Assembly (NCBI RefSeq): GCF_000143415.4
Contig: NW_003314267.1
Location: forward strand, 868,322-932,321
Reading direction: 5' to 3'
DNA length: 64,000 nt
Origin: Selaginella moellendorffii
Lineage: Eukaryota > Plantae > Lycopodiophyta
In this document: positions 40,816 to 53,534 of the stretch, in pieces
How positions within the stretch are numbered: position 1 is the stretch's first letter
Layout of the letters: every line of letters begins with the position of its first letter
The notes under the pieces: generated by a model
What the model saw: only the letters and a program-made list of their open reading frames with translations
The model's database searches: none
What the model was told of the DNA's origin: nothing
Made by a program: the position numbers and the translations under genes

Positions 40816-43800
40816 ATGCCGGCTGCCACAGCGGCCAAGCTGATTGTGGATGCGCTGCTGCAGCGCTTTCTGCCGCTCGCGCGACGCAGGATCGACACGG
40901 CGCAGGCACAGGTAATCTTTCGGGGATGATCGACGAGTGATTGATCTTCGCTTGGAATTTCTTTCTTTCTTTCTCTAGGATGGGCAATATCTTCGTGCGT
41001 CTGATGCTGCCTACGAGCAAGTGTTGGATTCGCTGGCTATGGTGGCTCGTCACACTCCAATACCTCTTCTGGAGGCACTTCTTAAGTGGAGAGAAAGGTG
41101 AGTGGTCTTATCTAAAACGAACAAGAATTGATGTGATCGGCAATGCTGTCTCGTATGAGCAGTGAATCCCCGAAAGGAGCCAACGATGCTTCGACTTTTC
41201 AAAGAAAAGTGAGTTGGAACTCCACTTTTTTCTCTCTTCCTGTGCTGAAACTTAGATTCGTGTAGCTGGCCGTGGAGTGTATATTTTGCTCAGCGTGTAT
41301 ACGTTTTGTGGAGTGCTGTCCACAAGAAGGGCTCACAGGTATTTCACCAGTGCCTTATTTCCAAGTCCTAGACACTCATACATTCTTCTATGGACAGAAA
41401 CACTGTGGAATGGTCTGGAGAATTTTGTTTTCGATTGGCTTATCAATGCCGACAGGTATCTGGTTTTTCTGATAAACTGTGATGAACCAACACGGTCTTT
41501 TATTTCAGAGTTGTTAGCCAGACAGATTATCCCTCCTTATTTGATCTTCGCGGATTGCTCTTGGACCTCGTTGCTCAATTGCTTGGCGCTTTGTCCAGAA
41601 TAAGGCAAGTTGAAATTCCTTCAGTGTTAACTATAACATGAAACTATACAGATTTAGCTCCATAACTGAGCGTTTCTTTAACGAGTTGAATACTCGTCGC
41701 ATTGATACGAACGTGACAAGAAGCGAAACATTAAGCATCATCCATGGAATGCGGTATCTCAAGCTCGGGGTATTTGAGGAAATGGTTCTGTAGTCAATTG
41801 GGTAATCCTTTTTTTTTTTTTTTTTTTTTTTTGCAGGTTTCATCACTTGGAGGACTTAATGCTAGCACGTCATTTGTAGCCAAAGCCAATCCTTTGAATC
41901 GAATGCCAGCGAAGAAGAAGAGTGAGCTCCATCATGCGCTGTGCAACATGCTTTCAAGTGTTCTTGCCCCTCTCACAGACGGTGGGAGTGGCCAGTGGCC
42001 GCCTGCAGGAGTTGATCAGGCACTGACTCTGTGGTATGATGCTGTTCTTCGAATTCGGAACCAACTTATGCACTGGATGGAGAGGCAAAGCAAGCATGTT
42101 AACGTAAGTAAAAGATTTTCCAAATGAATTCGTCGTCAACAACGTTTACAGGTTGGATACCCTCTTGTTACAAGTCTTTTGTGCCTAGGCGATCCAGAGT
42201 ATTTTATAAGTTCATTCAATCCTCACCTCGATCAACTGTATAAACTGTTACGGGTGAGCAGGGACGTTAAAATTCAGTATTGCTCTAAACCTTTTTTTTG
42301 TCTTAGGAGAAAAATAACAGATCGGTAGCATTGGAATGTCTTCACAGAGTGCTTCGCTTCTATTTGAATGTGTACGCTGAAAGTCAACCGCAAAATCGGG
42401 TATGGATGACCTTGCACAGTGTTACAGCTCAATTGTTGAGCTGTTTGAAAAAAGGCTTTTTTACGCTGGATGTTCAACACGAGAAGCTTGTCGACCTTTG
42501 CGTGACAATAGCCGAGAGTAATCTGGACTTCGCGATGAATCACGTGATATTGGAACTTCTTCGGACAGAGAACCTTAGCGAGGCTAAAGTCATCGGTCTG
42601 AGAGGACTTTTGGCTATAGTTTCGTCCACTTCGGCCGAGCAACGTACAGATGATTCTCGGCTCTCTTTGACGTCATTTCGTGGATCACCGACATCTTCTT
42701 GGTCATCAGCAACCTCGGCCGTTTTTACGTCATCTCGTCACAGTGCTGCAGCTCGTGTTGATATTCCTTCCAGCACTCATGATATTGGACCATATATACC
42801 AAAAGTGCGAGCTGCTCTTGGTTCTATTATCAAAGCATGTCACAGCACTTATGGGGGCGCATTGCTTACTTCCTCGAAGGCAACGCTGGGTAAGTTTTGC
42901 GACTCTTTTCGACAGTTTTTTCTCACAGTCACGTAATTTTGACAGATGCTCTGAGCAAAGAAAAGCCTCAAGGCTGGCTTGTGTTCCGCTGGGCTCTGAA
43001 ATGTGTACCACATTTGATACCAGAGCAGTGGCGCAACGATCGGATGACGGAAATTATCCCGGTTTATGCGATCAGTGTTGAACCTGGTGTTCGTGAGGAA
43101 GCCGTGCAGGTTCTTTTTAGAACTGTTCGGGACCTTCCTCAAAGCCGCTTTGCCGTCATGCGAGGGATGGCAAATTTTATATTTCGGCTCCCGGACGACT
43201 TTCCAATACTGATCCGGATTTCTCTGGATCGTCTCGTACAGCTTTTAAGCTCTTGGCGCGTGTCTCTTTTGGAAGAGCTTTCGGACAGCAAAGACAACTA
43301 TAACAAAAGTTCACGTCATGCAGCACCATCGGAAGCCCGGTTTCATCCCTCGGGTTTAGATGCAGTGGGTCTTATATTTCTGTGCTCGGTAGACGTTCAA
43401 ATTCGGCATACGGCTCTGGAACTTTTGAGGGCCGTTCGAGCTCTCTACAATGATCTCTCAAGGATGTCTTCAAAGGAGAAGAACAATAAAAGGCCACATC
43501 CAGACCATACTTACGTGATCGACGTATTCGAGGAAGCTGGTGTATGTATATTTTCGTTATTGTAATGATTTCGTTCTAAAGTTCTTTTCTCCAGGACGAC
43601 ATTGTCCAGCAATGCTACTGGGACTGTGGAAGATGGTACGAAATGAGAAAAGAGTGGGATGCCATTCCACCAGAACTATCGCTGCAAACCGTACTGGAGA
43701 GCTCGGACAAAGGTCGTTGGGGACGATGTTTAAGTGAACTTGTTAAGTATGCAGCAGAGCTTTGTCCGTCAGCTGTTCAAGGTGCAAGGTGCGTTTTTCT

Positions 43801-46800
43801 TTTTCTTCTGTTTCGCTCCGTAGTTTCTAATCTAAGTCGTTCTATGTAGACTGGAAGTGGTTCAGCGGCTTGCACAAATTACTTCGGTAGAACTCGGTGG
43901 GAAGTCAACAACGTCGCACGATGACAGCAAGCTAGACCAGTGGCTTCTGTATTCAATGTTTGCATGTTCATGTCCTCCTGAGGACGTGGAGGACACCAAG
44001 TCGCACTCTACGAAAGAGTTGCTTCGTCTAATTTTGCCGTCTTTGAAGTCAGGTTCCGAGACTCAAATTGTGAGCCTTCCTTCACTCGACCATTCTGATG
44101 CTTACTTGTACCTGTGTTCATTTCCCCCACAGAATGCGGCTACCTTAGCGTTGGGACACTGCCACTGGGAGATTTGCGAACCAATGCTCACGGAATTACG
44201 ACAGTTTTTGGACGAAATTGCAACGGAGATTGAAAGTCGTCCCAAGTGGAAGGTATGACGAGTCTGCCAAAAGGCCTCTGTGTTGATGTTTTCCTTTTAC
44301 AGAGTCAAAAACTTAGGCGAGAAGACATTCGTGTGCATGTTGCAAACATATACCGAATGGTGGCAGATAATTTTTGGCCTGGTATGCTGATACGCAAGCC
44401 CGTTCAACGTATTCATGTGATCAAGTTCATTGAAGACACAGTCAAGTACATCACGTCACCGTCTCCGCTGGAGGTTTTCCAAGATTTGCAACCTCTAAGA
44501 TTTTGCCTAGGCTCCGTGCTACGATCAGTTTCCATCGAAATGGTGAAATCCAACTCGGACCGGTTTGATCCGCGAACAAGGAAGCGGATGTTCGATCTGC
44601 TCGCGTCCTGGTGCGACGATACTACGACTGTCTGGAGCCAAGACGGTGTTAGCGAGTACCGACGGGAAGTGGAGCGGTACAAGTCATCACAAAACTCCAG
44701 GACTAAGGACTCTGTGGAGAGAATCACTGTAGAGAAGGACGTCAACGAACAGGTGGATGCAATCCAATGGATCGCTATGAACGCTATGGCCGCTCTGTTA
44801 TATGGGCCTTGCTTCGACGACAACGTCAGGAAGATGAGTGGGAGAATCATCGCATGGATCAACGGCCTTTTCCTTGAACCGGCTACTAGAATGCCTATCG
44901 GGTATTCTCCAGATCCTCGTACACCACTCCATAAGTTCGCCATGGCTGGAGTCTTTGACGTAGTTCACGGTGGTAAGGACAGGCACAAGAGCAATCCTAT
45001 GCGAGTTCATCTTGCGAAAGTTGCTCTTATGAACCTCGTTCAGACCAACCTCGATCTCTTCCCAGCATGCATCGACCAGGTTTGTGATTTACTCATGAGT
45101 TTTTGGTGGCATTACTATTTACGTGTTGCAGTGCTACTCTTCTGATCCTTCTATCGCGGATGGATATTTTTCTGTTCTTGCCGAAGTGTACATGCGGTAC
45201 GAGATACCAAGGTGCGACACCCAAAGACTGTTAAGCCTCATACTCTACAAGGTTGTGGACCAGTCTCGGAGGATTAGAGATGATGCATTACAGATGCTAG
45301 AGACTTTATCCATCAGGGAATGGGCTGAGGATGGGGAAGGAACGGGAAGGTATCGAGCAGCGGTCGTGGGAAGTTTACCAGATTCTTACCAACAATTTCA
45401 GTATCAGCTGTCTGCAAAGCTAGCAAAGGAACATCCAGAGCTGAGTGAGCTACTTTGCGAGGAGATCATGCAAAGGCAGCTGGATGCAGTGGACATCATC
45501 GCTCAGCATCAGGTTCTTACGTGCATGGCTCCTTGGATTGAAAACTTGAAGCTCTGGGAATCGGGATGGAGTGAGAGACTGCTGAAGAGCCTTTACTACG
45601 TAACTTGGCGTCACGGGGATCAGTTCCCTGATGAGATTGAGAAGCTGTGGCGGACAGTGGCAAACAAGAGACGAAATATCAGTCCCGTCCTCGACTTTTT
45701 GATATCTAAGGGCATTGAAGATGGTGACTCAACCGCATCAGGAGAGATTACTGGAGTTTTTGCGACGTACTTCTCCGTGGCAAAGCGGATAAGCCTTTAC
45801 TTGGCTCGAATATCACCACAGCAGACCATAGATAATCTCGTCTGCGAGTTGGCAGAGAGAAGACTTGAAGATCATCCGGAGCAATCGAAACGAAGTGTGG
45901 ATGGAGCGTTTGAGCTTGAAAGCTCGGCTGTTTTGGAGTTCTCGCAAGGACCAGCTCCCGTTCAACTGCTAGAACCGCCGCCGCATATGTCACCACTTCT
46001 GGTCAGGAGCTCTCTGGAAGGACCACTGAGGAATGCCAGCGGGAGTTTAAGCTGGAGAACAGCCACAGGTCGGAGTATGTCGGGTCCTCTGAATACTGTC
46101 CCCGACACGCATACCGGGAGGTCTGGCCAGCTATTCACGGGATCAGGACCCTTGCCAAATGCTTCTGGCCAGCTTTTGGGAGTTCGTAGCTCCACAGGAA
46201 GCTTGAAGAGTCACCACTTATCGCGTGACAGTGGAGACTATTTTGACACTCCGAATTCGGTCGAAGACATACGTATCATCACTCCACCGGTGAACCCGAG
46301 CGAGCTGCAGTCGGCTCTTCAGGCCCATCACCACTGGCTTTCTCGTGCGGACATTGCTCTGATACTTTTGGCGGAGATAGCTTACGAGAATGACGAAGAC
46401 TTTCGAAGCCACCTTCCGCTGCTCTTCCACGTTACGTTCGTATATATGGATAGCTCCGAAGACATTGTTTTGAAGCATTGCCAGCAGCTGCTGGTGAATC
46501 TTCTCTACTCGCTAGCGGGACGACATCTTGAACTTTACGAGCATGGTGATGGAGATTACAAGCAACAAGTCGTGAGCCTGATCAAGTACGTGCAGTCGAA
46601 GAAGGGAAGCAGGATGTGGGAAAAGGAATCAATGTCTTTGACGAGAACGGAGTTGCCAAGTGCTGCTTTACTATCTGCGCTGGTGCTAAGTGTGGTGGAC
46701 GCGATAGTTTTCCAAGGCGACCTTCGGGAGAAATGGGGGGAGGAGGCTTTGAAATGGGCTATGGAGTGCTCATACCGTCATCTGGCCTGCCGGTCTCACC

Positions 46801-48167
46801 AGGTTTACCGTGCACTCCGTCCCAGTGTCACCAGCGAGACGTGTGTTTCACTGCTGAGGTGCCTACATCGATGCTTCAGCAATCCAACTCCTCCAGTGCT
46901 GGGATTCGTCATGGAGATCCTCCTGACTCTGCAAGTGATGGTGGAGAGCATGGAACCCGAGAAAGTTATTCTCTATCCACAGCTCTTCTGGGGCTGTGTG
47001 GCCATGCTGCACACGGACTTCGTCCACGTTTACGTCCAAGTTTTGGAGCTGCTTTCCCGGATTGTTGATCGGCTATCCTTCCACGACCACACCGCCGAAC
47101 AGGTTCTTCTGTCCAGTATGCCCAGGGACGAGTTTGAGAGCAGCGAAGGGAAAGGTGACGGGGGAACAGACGCAGACAAAGCTCCGGCGTTTGAAGGAGT
47201 GCAGCCGCTGGTTCTCAAGGGACTCATGTCAACAGTGAGCCATACGTGTGCCATCGAGGTGCTGTCGAGGATAACTCTGCATTCGTGCGACCGGATTTTT
47301 GGCGACTCGGACACTCGTCTGCTGATGCACATCGTGGGCCTTCTCCCTTGGCTCCTGCTTCAGCTCGTAAAAGGACAGAGTCACTTACCCGGTTTCGACT
47401 CGCCACTCCAGCAGCAGTTTCAAAAGGCTTGCTCTGTCGCGACAAACATCGCTCAGTGGTGCGAGGCAAAATCGCAGGGAGCTCTAGCGGCTGTTTTCTC
47501 CGCTTACGGGAATGGACAAGTCACCGCCATCGGAGACTTGCTCAACCGTATAGTACCGTTGCTGTGCAAGGAATGGTTCCCTCGGCATTCGGCGCTGGCA
47601 TTCGGCCACCTTTTACGTGTTCTGGAGAAAGGACCAGTGGAGTACCAGCGAGTGATTCTCCTCATGCTCAGGGCGCTCTTGCAGCACTGTCCGATGGATA
47701 CCGCCCAGAGTCCTCAAGTTTACGCTGCCGTCTCTCAGCTCGTGGAGAGTCCTCTCTGCTGGGAAGCCTTACATGTTCTAGAGGCGGTTTTGCAAAGCTG
47801 CAGCACTTTGCCGGTGGAAGCTACAACTTCCAGCGGACAGGATGCCACTGCCAACGGACAAGCAGCGACGAGGAGGCTAGACGAAGACAGGCCTGTCGTT
47901 GCCTTGCTCTCGCAGACTTCTTTCAAGTCTCGGACAGGTCCCTTCCATTCCTGGGTTGGCTCTGGTGGAGTTCCTGCGGTGACTGGAAATCCCGGCAGTG
48001 TTGACATGACGATGCTTCCATCGCGCGAGACGGCGCTGCAAAACACCAGGCTGGCACTGGGACGTGTTTTGGATACTTATGGCGTGGGAAAGCGCAGTTA
48101 CTATCGGCGTCTTGTTCCATTCGTTATTAGCAGCGTTCAAGCTGAGCCGCAGCAAAAACACCGGTGA
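40816..48167 (+). CDS. Furry/TAO3/MOR2 (PAG1) cell morphogenesis ARM-repeat scaffold
   Basis: [43 protein letters not shown]-like [37 protein letters not shown]; over 2000 aa across multiple exons. Confidence 0.92.
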
Positions 48168-48503
48168 CGTCGTTCGTATATACTCGAGGAAGATGAAGAG
48201 GAAGAGCGCCTTGGTTTGGAGACAGCTATTTTTTGTTCGTCCATAAGGTATCATCTTTTACTTTCATACTGATCTCGTCTAAATTTCGTTCCCATGAAAC
48301 AGGACGCTTTGTACATTCGAATCGCAGGATTTTTGTGTTGGATAGAGGTAGAATCTACTCAAGTTGACACTGTTAACGAGCTATCTTGTTTATACGCAGA
48401 AGTTTTGAGTGTATAAAGAGACTTATATTGACTGTAAAGACGACGCGGTACGTATACTACCGCGCACTTATTCTGATATCTTCTTTTCGTTTTTAAATCA
48501 TAA

Positions 48504-49880
48504 TCAGGAAGCTTGCGCAGCGAGCTGCCACTGGAGGAAATAACAGCCGAGTTTGATAAGTTTGGACGCTTTTTGTAACGCCCCCAGCTTCCCCTGCTCG
48601 GCAGCCAACCGAGTGTCGTCGATCACGTCCCTCGTCACCTCCGCGTCCGCCAGTGGTATGGGGTAGTAGCACCGGCTCAAGTTTTGCATGGAAGTCGTGA
48701 AGAAGCCGGTCATCTGGGATCTTATATCGCCGACCTCGATGGCTCGGTAGCCAGACGCGACAGCTTCCTGGACGAGGCTATCTTCCGCGGCCTTGAGCGC
48801 CTTGAGCAGCTCCTTCCTCGGCTTGGCCTCACGCTGCACGAACTTGAGAAGCTCTCCATACGTTCCTTCGCCAACCGGCTTGCTCTCGAAGGGCCCGTGC
48901 TTGAGGAACTGTCCGAGGTAGCCGGTCTTCTCGTCACCGACGAGAGCTCTGGCAGTCTCGGAGATGTGGTTGATGAGGTGCGTGCTGAGCCGCTTGTGAG
49001 CAAACTCGAGGATCTCGAACGCAGCAATCTGCCTGGAGGAGTGGATGAGCCTCTTGAGGTGCAAGTCGCAGTTGTTCTCGTCCCAGCAAGTGATGATCCT
49101 CTTCAAAGCAGGTTCGATGGTGTTGTTTCTCGATTGATTCTCTTGACTGTGATCTTGTTGATGGCAGCTCTGTGCACGTCTTTCTTCGTCAAAGCAGCTG
49201 GTGGCGGTGGTGGCGGCGGCCGAATGATCAAAGGCTGGCTGATCTAAGTACTCGGTGTTTCGAGCTTGCTCCAGAGAATGGATCCTCTCCTGCTTCAAGC
49301 GGTTCAAGTAGTCGACTCTCCCCCGCGCCTGCTGCTCCATGACATCCAGCTTACTCTTGATACTCTCCAGCTGCTTGTCCTCCATGTTCTGGATGACGCT
49401 CCTCATCGACTCCTGCTTGCTCCCCAGCGACTGGATGCGGTCCTTGAGCGAGTTCTTCCCCTTGAGCAGCGACTTTATCTCCGACTCGAGCGTGGAGAAG
49501 TTGTCCAAGAGCGACTGCATCGTATCGTCGTCCTTGGGCTCGAATCCTCCAAACGCAGCGGCAGTGACAGCAGCGGGTTCTTCCGGTGGAGCAGTGGCAG
49601 CAGAGACGCGATCTTTGGCGGTGAAACTAGTGGGATCGAGCGCGGGGCTGGCGAGGGAGTATGGGCTCAAAGCATAGGCCCCGGCGGTGGGGGTGGAGGA
49701 GTAGGACTTACACGAGGAGTCGGAGATGGTGCTGGGCACGAGACGGACTCTCCTGGGAAGGACTGCTGTTGCCGATGGTGATTGCGAGTGAGAATGCGAG
49801 TGGGAGTGGGAGTGGGAGTGGGAGTGGGAGTGGGAGTGGAGGCCACCATTCTTCCTGGGACGAGACTGGATGTCGTACAT
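48504..49880 (-). CDS. Hypothetical intronless protein with (HS)n repeat, Ser/Pro-rich region, coiled coil and helical C-terminal domain
   Basis: ~458-aa ORF with GC3-biased codons; (GAGTGG)n hexamer at ~49797-49839. Confidence 0.7.
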   Translation of the reverse strand: MYDIQSRPRKNGGLHSHSHSHSHSHSHSHSHSQSPSATAVLPRRVRLVPSTISDSSCKSYSSTPTAGAYALSPYSLASPALDPTSFTAKDRVSAATAPPEEPAAVTAAAFGGFEPKDDDTMQSLLDNFSTLESEIKSLLKGKNSLKDRIQSLGSKQESMRSVIQNMEDKQLESIKSKLDVMEQQARGRVDYLNRLKQERIHSLEQARNTEYLDQPAFDHSAAATTATSCFDEERRAQSCHQQDHSQENQSRNNTIEPALKRIITCWDENNCDLHLKRLIHSSRQIAAFEILEFAHKRLSTHLINHISETARALVGDEKTGYLGQFLKHGPFESKPVGEGTYGELLKFVQREAKPRKELLKALKAAEDSLVQEAVASGYRAIEVGDIRSQMTGFFTTSMQNLSRCYYPIPLADAEVTRDVIDDTRLAAEQGKLGALQKASKLIKLGCYFLQWQLAAQAS

Positions 49881-50351
49881 TTTCACACGCGCTCATCAGA
49901 GGATAGGGCTGGGGGCTTTTAACGGAACGGGCTAACTGCCAACCTGGCACGAAAATATTATCTCATGTTTTATAACAGAAGGAATGCGTTTAAAGCTTTG
50001 ATCAGATTTTGGAACTTGCTGTTCTACGTTATAAGCCCCTGCCATTGAAACAACAGAGTCACAAATCCGTCTGGACTATATTAGATGAGCTCGCATTCGC
50101 TGGAGTTTGTTTGAGCACGCATTGGCAGCAGGAATCAAGCACTGAGGTAAGCACACTTAAAAAATCAGTTCCTTCTGGTAGAAATCACATGCGTAATAAA
50201 AGCACTTTGGCTCGGGTTTGGCTTAGGAAAATGCGAAAGCTTAAATAAGTGTTGGAAATGTAAGAATTACAGCAATTCCCATGATAGAATAAAGTACTCA
50301 CATACCACAGAAAACTTATTATTTTCCAGATCGATGTGCTTCAGGATTAAA

Positions 50352-50919
50352 TCACACAACCTGTTCCAGCATGAGATTGTTGGTCTCCTTTGGACACATG
50401 TTAAGGCAGCCGGCTATTTTGTTATAACTGCAGCAGTAGTACTCGCGTCCCGATTCACAGCGCTGACCGCAACCGAACTTATTTTCCCGGCAGCAAAAGT
50501 ACTCCTTTTCCTTATCGCACATCTGGTGGCACCCATATCCGTTTTTGACGCAGCATTCATAGGTAATGCTGGAATCACACTCCTGAACGCAGCCCTGAAA
50601 GTTTTTGATGCAGCAATAGCTGCCGCCAAGGCCTTGGAAACACAAACATTTCAAGTATGAACTGATGGTCGTGCGAGAAAGAATGTGACTCTCATTTACC
50701 GTGCTGAGGAGGTTCGTGGATGGTGGTCACAAGTTCCATAGAAGGCTCCTCAATCGTATACATAACGCCCTTGTTGCCCACTGCTTACAACACAGTTCAA
50801 TGGATGTAATAGACGGGAAAGACTTAAAGCACAAAGTACATGCCTTCAATATCGCGAGATGCATTTGCCAAGAGCACCAGGCCAAAGACAAGGCAGGCAG
50901 TTGCAAGAAGCTTGGCCAT
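50352..50919 (-). CDS. Secreted cysteine-rich repeat precursor, 3 exons, ~145 aa
   Basis: Signal peptide MAKLLATACLVFGLVLLANA; GC-AG intron 50843-50781; acidic pro-region; GT-AG intron 50699-50633; four 20-21-aa CC-x6/7-C-x3-C repeats. Confidence 0.8.
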
Positions 50920-51426
50920 TTTCCAAGGATAGGAGAGATTCCAAAAGATGAAACGAGCAAAGGATGTGCTTTGGTGCCCTTTCTTTGATCACAATTTATA
51001 CTGTGAGGCTTGCATGGATCGCGTGGGAAATCCTTTTCCAAGTCAATCCCATGCTAAGCACAAGGAGGCATCCAAATCGCAAGCAAATCCCAGTTAAATA
51101 CACAAGATTGAGTTTGATAATCTTGTTCTGACCGTCCTAGACTGTACATAAACAAATATTATATGCCAAACTTCCCATCGATCACATGGATCGCTTCTCT
51201 GGACGGTGGGAAATTTGGGTGTCCTGAAAGTTGCAGCACAGCTAGAGAAAATTTATGCCTTTTTCAAAGGGTAACAGCTCAAATGTCAGATTCACTGGCT
51301 TTATGGGACTAGTACAATACAGGCCATCAGCCACGTGGGTCTAGCAGTAGGATTATCGCCAAGAACTATACACATTTAATAGACATGAAAATATCACTGA
51401 TCTTATGTTAACGTTGTAGACAATGT

Positions 51427-53305
51427 TTATTGAGAGATATCCATCTTCGTGTAGCCATGCATTCTTAGCAGCTCCAGAAGCTTTTGCATGTGAACTTCGG
51501 TGTGCAAAACTCTTGGTCCAAGCCGGATAGAGTTGACATAATTTACAGGATTGTGATCCACAATCCCAGGAAAGAACAGCCCTGCAACGCGAAGCACACG
51601 GGATGCCATCGTCTCCTTGAACTGCGACCCATGCAAGTAGCTCCTCCTGAAACTTAGAATCAAGTCCCAGGCTGCCGTGATCCGTGTCGCGATGAAGTAC
51701 TTGATTGAGAAGTTCTTATTTGGTTCTTCGAGCAGCGTCTGAAAAGCATCACGCGCATCAGCAGCAAGATTTGTAGTAAGAATCATACGTACCTTTGCAG
51801 CGTAGTTATGGTCGAAGTAAAAGCACAGACCAAAGTGCTTGAACTGGAAGAATATATCATCAAACGGGATCCTGGGAACGATGTCGTTGGAGTAAACGAT
51901 CCGAAAGTAGCGGTTCACCGGGTCATTGAGCTTCTCGTCCATGTAGTCTGCAAAATCCATGTCTCCAACTCGAGGCTGGCCGAAAGTATACACCCCTGCT
52001 ATCCTCTCCGTCACCGAGTCTTCCTTGTTATAGAACAGCATCGCCGTGAAAACAGTGGCCAGAGCTCCACCAAGGCTGTGTCCCGTAATGTAGACTTTGG
52101 CGCTCTTGTTGGCTTTCACAAGCTCCTTCAACTTGTCCTTGGTCGAATCGTAGGCCAACGAGAGCTTCCTGTCCTCGTTTTTAGCCTCTGGCAAGCCGGA
52201 AGTGACGCGCTCTTTGCCTTGAACGTTTTGATAGCTGTGCTTCTTGAGCCTTGTAAAGGATTCCATGTCGTGGCGATCCACCAGGCTGAGAGCTTCCATA
52301 AAGCCCACATGAATTCTTCCGACCCCCGGAAGGTGGTACCAGGAGAAATCAAAGTCGGTGCTCCAGTCATATGCGTTGAACGGCATGGTTCCTCTGAACG
52401 TGACAACGATTGCGCCGGCGTCCTGAGGTGCATCCATGAACAGGAAAACCTGTGTTGGATTATTCTCTTGGTTCTCTGCATCGTAATAGCTTCTTTCAGT
52501 CAGCACCGAGCCTTTCAAGATTAAATACTTAACTGTTGATGCACTCGAACACATTCACAAGGGACATCTGAAAATATTGTGTACGCGTTAGAATCAGAAC
52601 GTTGGGTCACATACCTTCCAGATCTGAGTAACAACTTTGTTTACAACCGCCGGGTTTTCGTACGCAAGCTTCGAAGCCATGATGCACACGTCTGCCACGA
52701 CTTTTGATCCGGGAACCACTTCAAAGAAACTGCTGCCTTCAGATTTCTGAAGCTTCTGATCGTCGGAACTTTCGGTCATCAGCTCCAATCTCGGGTCTAG
52801 CATCCCCACAATGCTCCAGTAATTTTCCGAGCCTTCCACGGGCATTACTAAGACTGCAGTGAAATAGACAACTGAGAGTCCTTGCAAAAACAAGAGCAAT
52901 AGCTTACATTCACCAGCCAAAATCTTGTTGCAGACTTTGATGAATCCGCCGTTTATGTAGAAAACGTTGAGAATGTATTCCACGAATTTACCAGTAACCT
53001 TAGAGATCCGTGCCAGGTAATGCAGGAGCGTGGTGATGAACATCGAAAGTTTGGCCTGCCAGCTGACATCGATCCTGGGCTTAAGTGCCGGTGTGGAGCT
53101 TACATGTGGTGTTTCCACAAAGGAACTACGGCGAACATAGTCCCACGGCTTGCCTTGACTTGGATGGCCGATTACAAAGGTATCCATCCTTCGATACTCT
53201 GTCAAGAATGGCAAGTTTCAAAGTTTGCTGGGAAAAAATCAGTCTATGTAGTCAAGTACCTTGCAAACCACACGAGCTCCATGCCGCCAGCGTCACGGAA
53301 TCCAT
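51427..53305 (-). CDS. Class 3 triacylglycerol lipase (oil-body lipase OBL1-like)
   Basis: IMASKLAYEN, VVTFRGTMPFNAYDWSTDFD, IHVGF, ITGHSLGGALA, YTFGQPRVGD, VYSNDIVPRIP, DHNPVNY. Confidence 0.93.
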
Positions 53306-53534
53306 GCAAAGATCCGAAGAGAACGTTTGTCAAGAAAAATCAAATGCATACCAGTTATAATCTCAGCACGGGAACAAAACCGCGAGTTCTTGAAGTATCT
53401 GTAACAGCTGCAAAGCAGGAAAAGAGAGCACCATGATCAAAAGAAAGTGTTCTAACCCGGGGAATAGAGCTAAGTAGGAAGAATCAAAACAGGCTTGAGG
53501 CGGGACGAAGGTTTTTTACAGCAGGATGGGAGTG

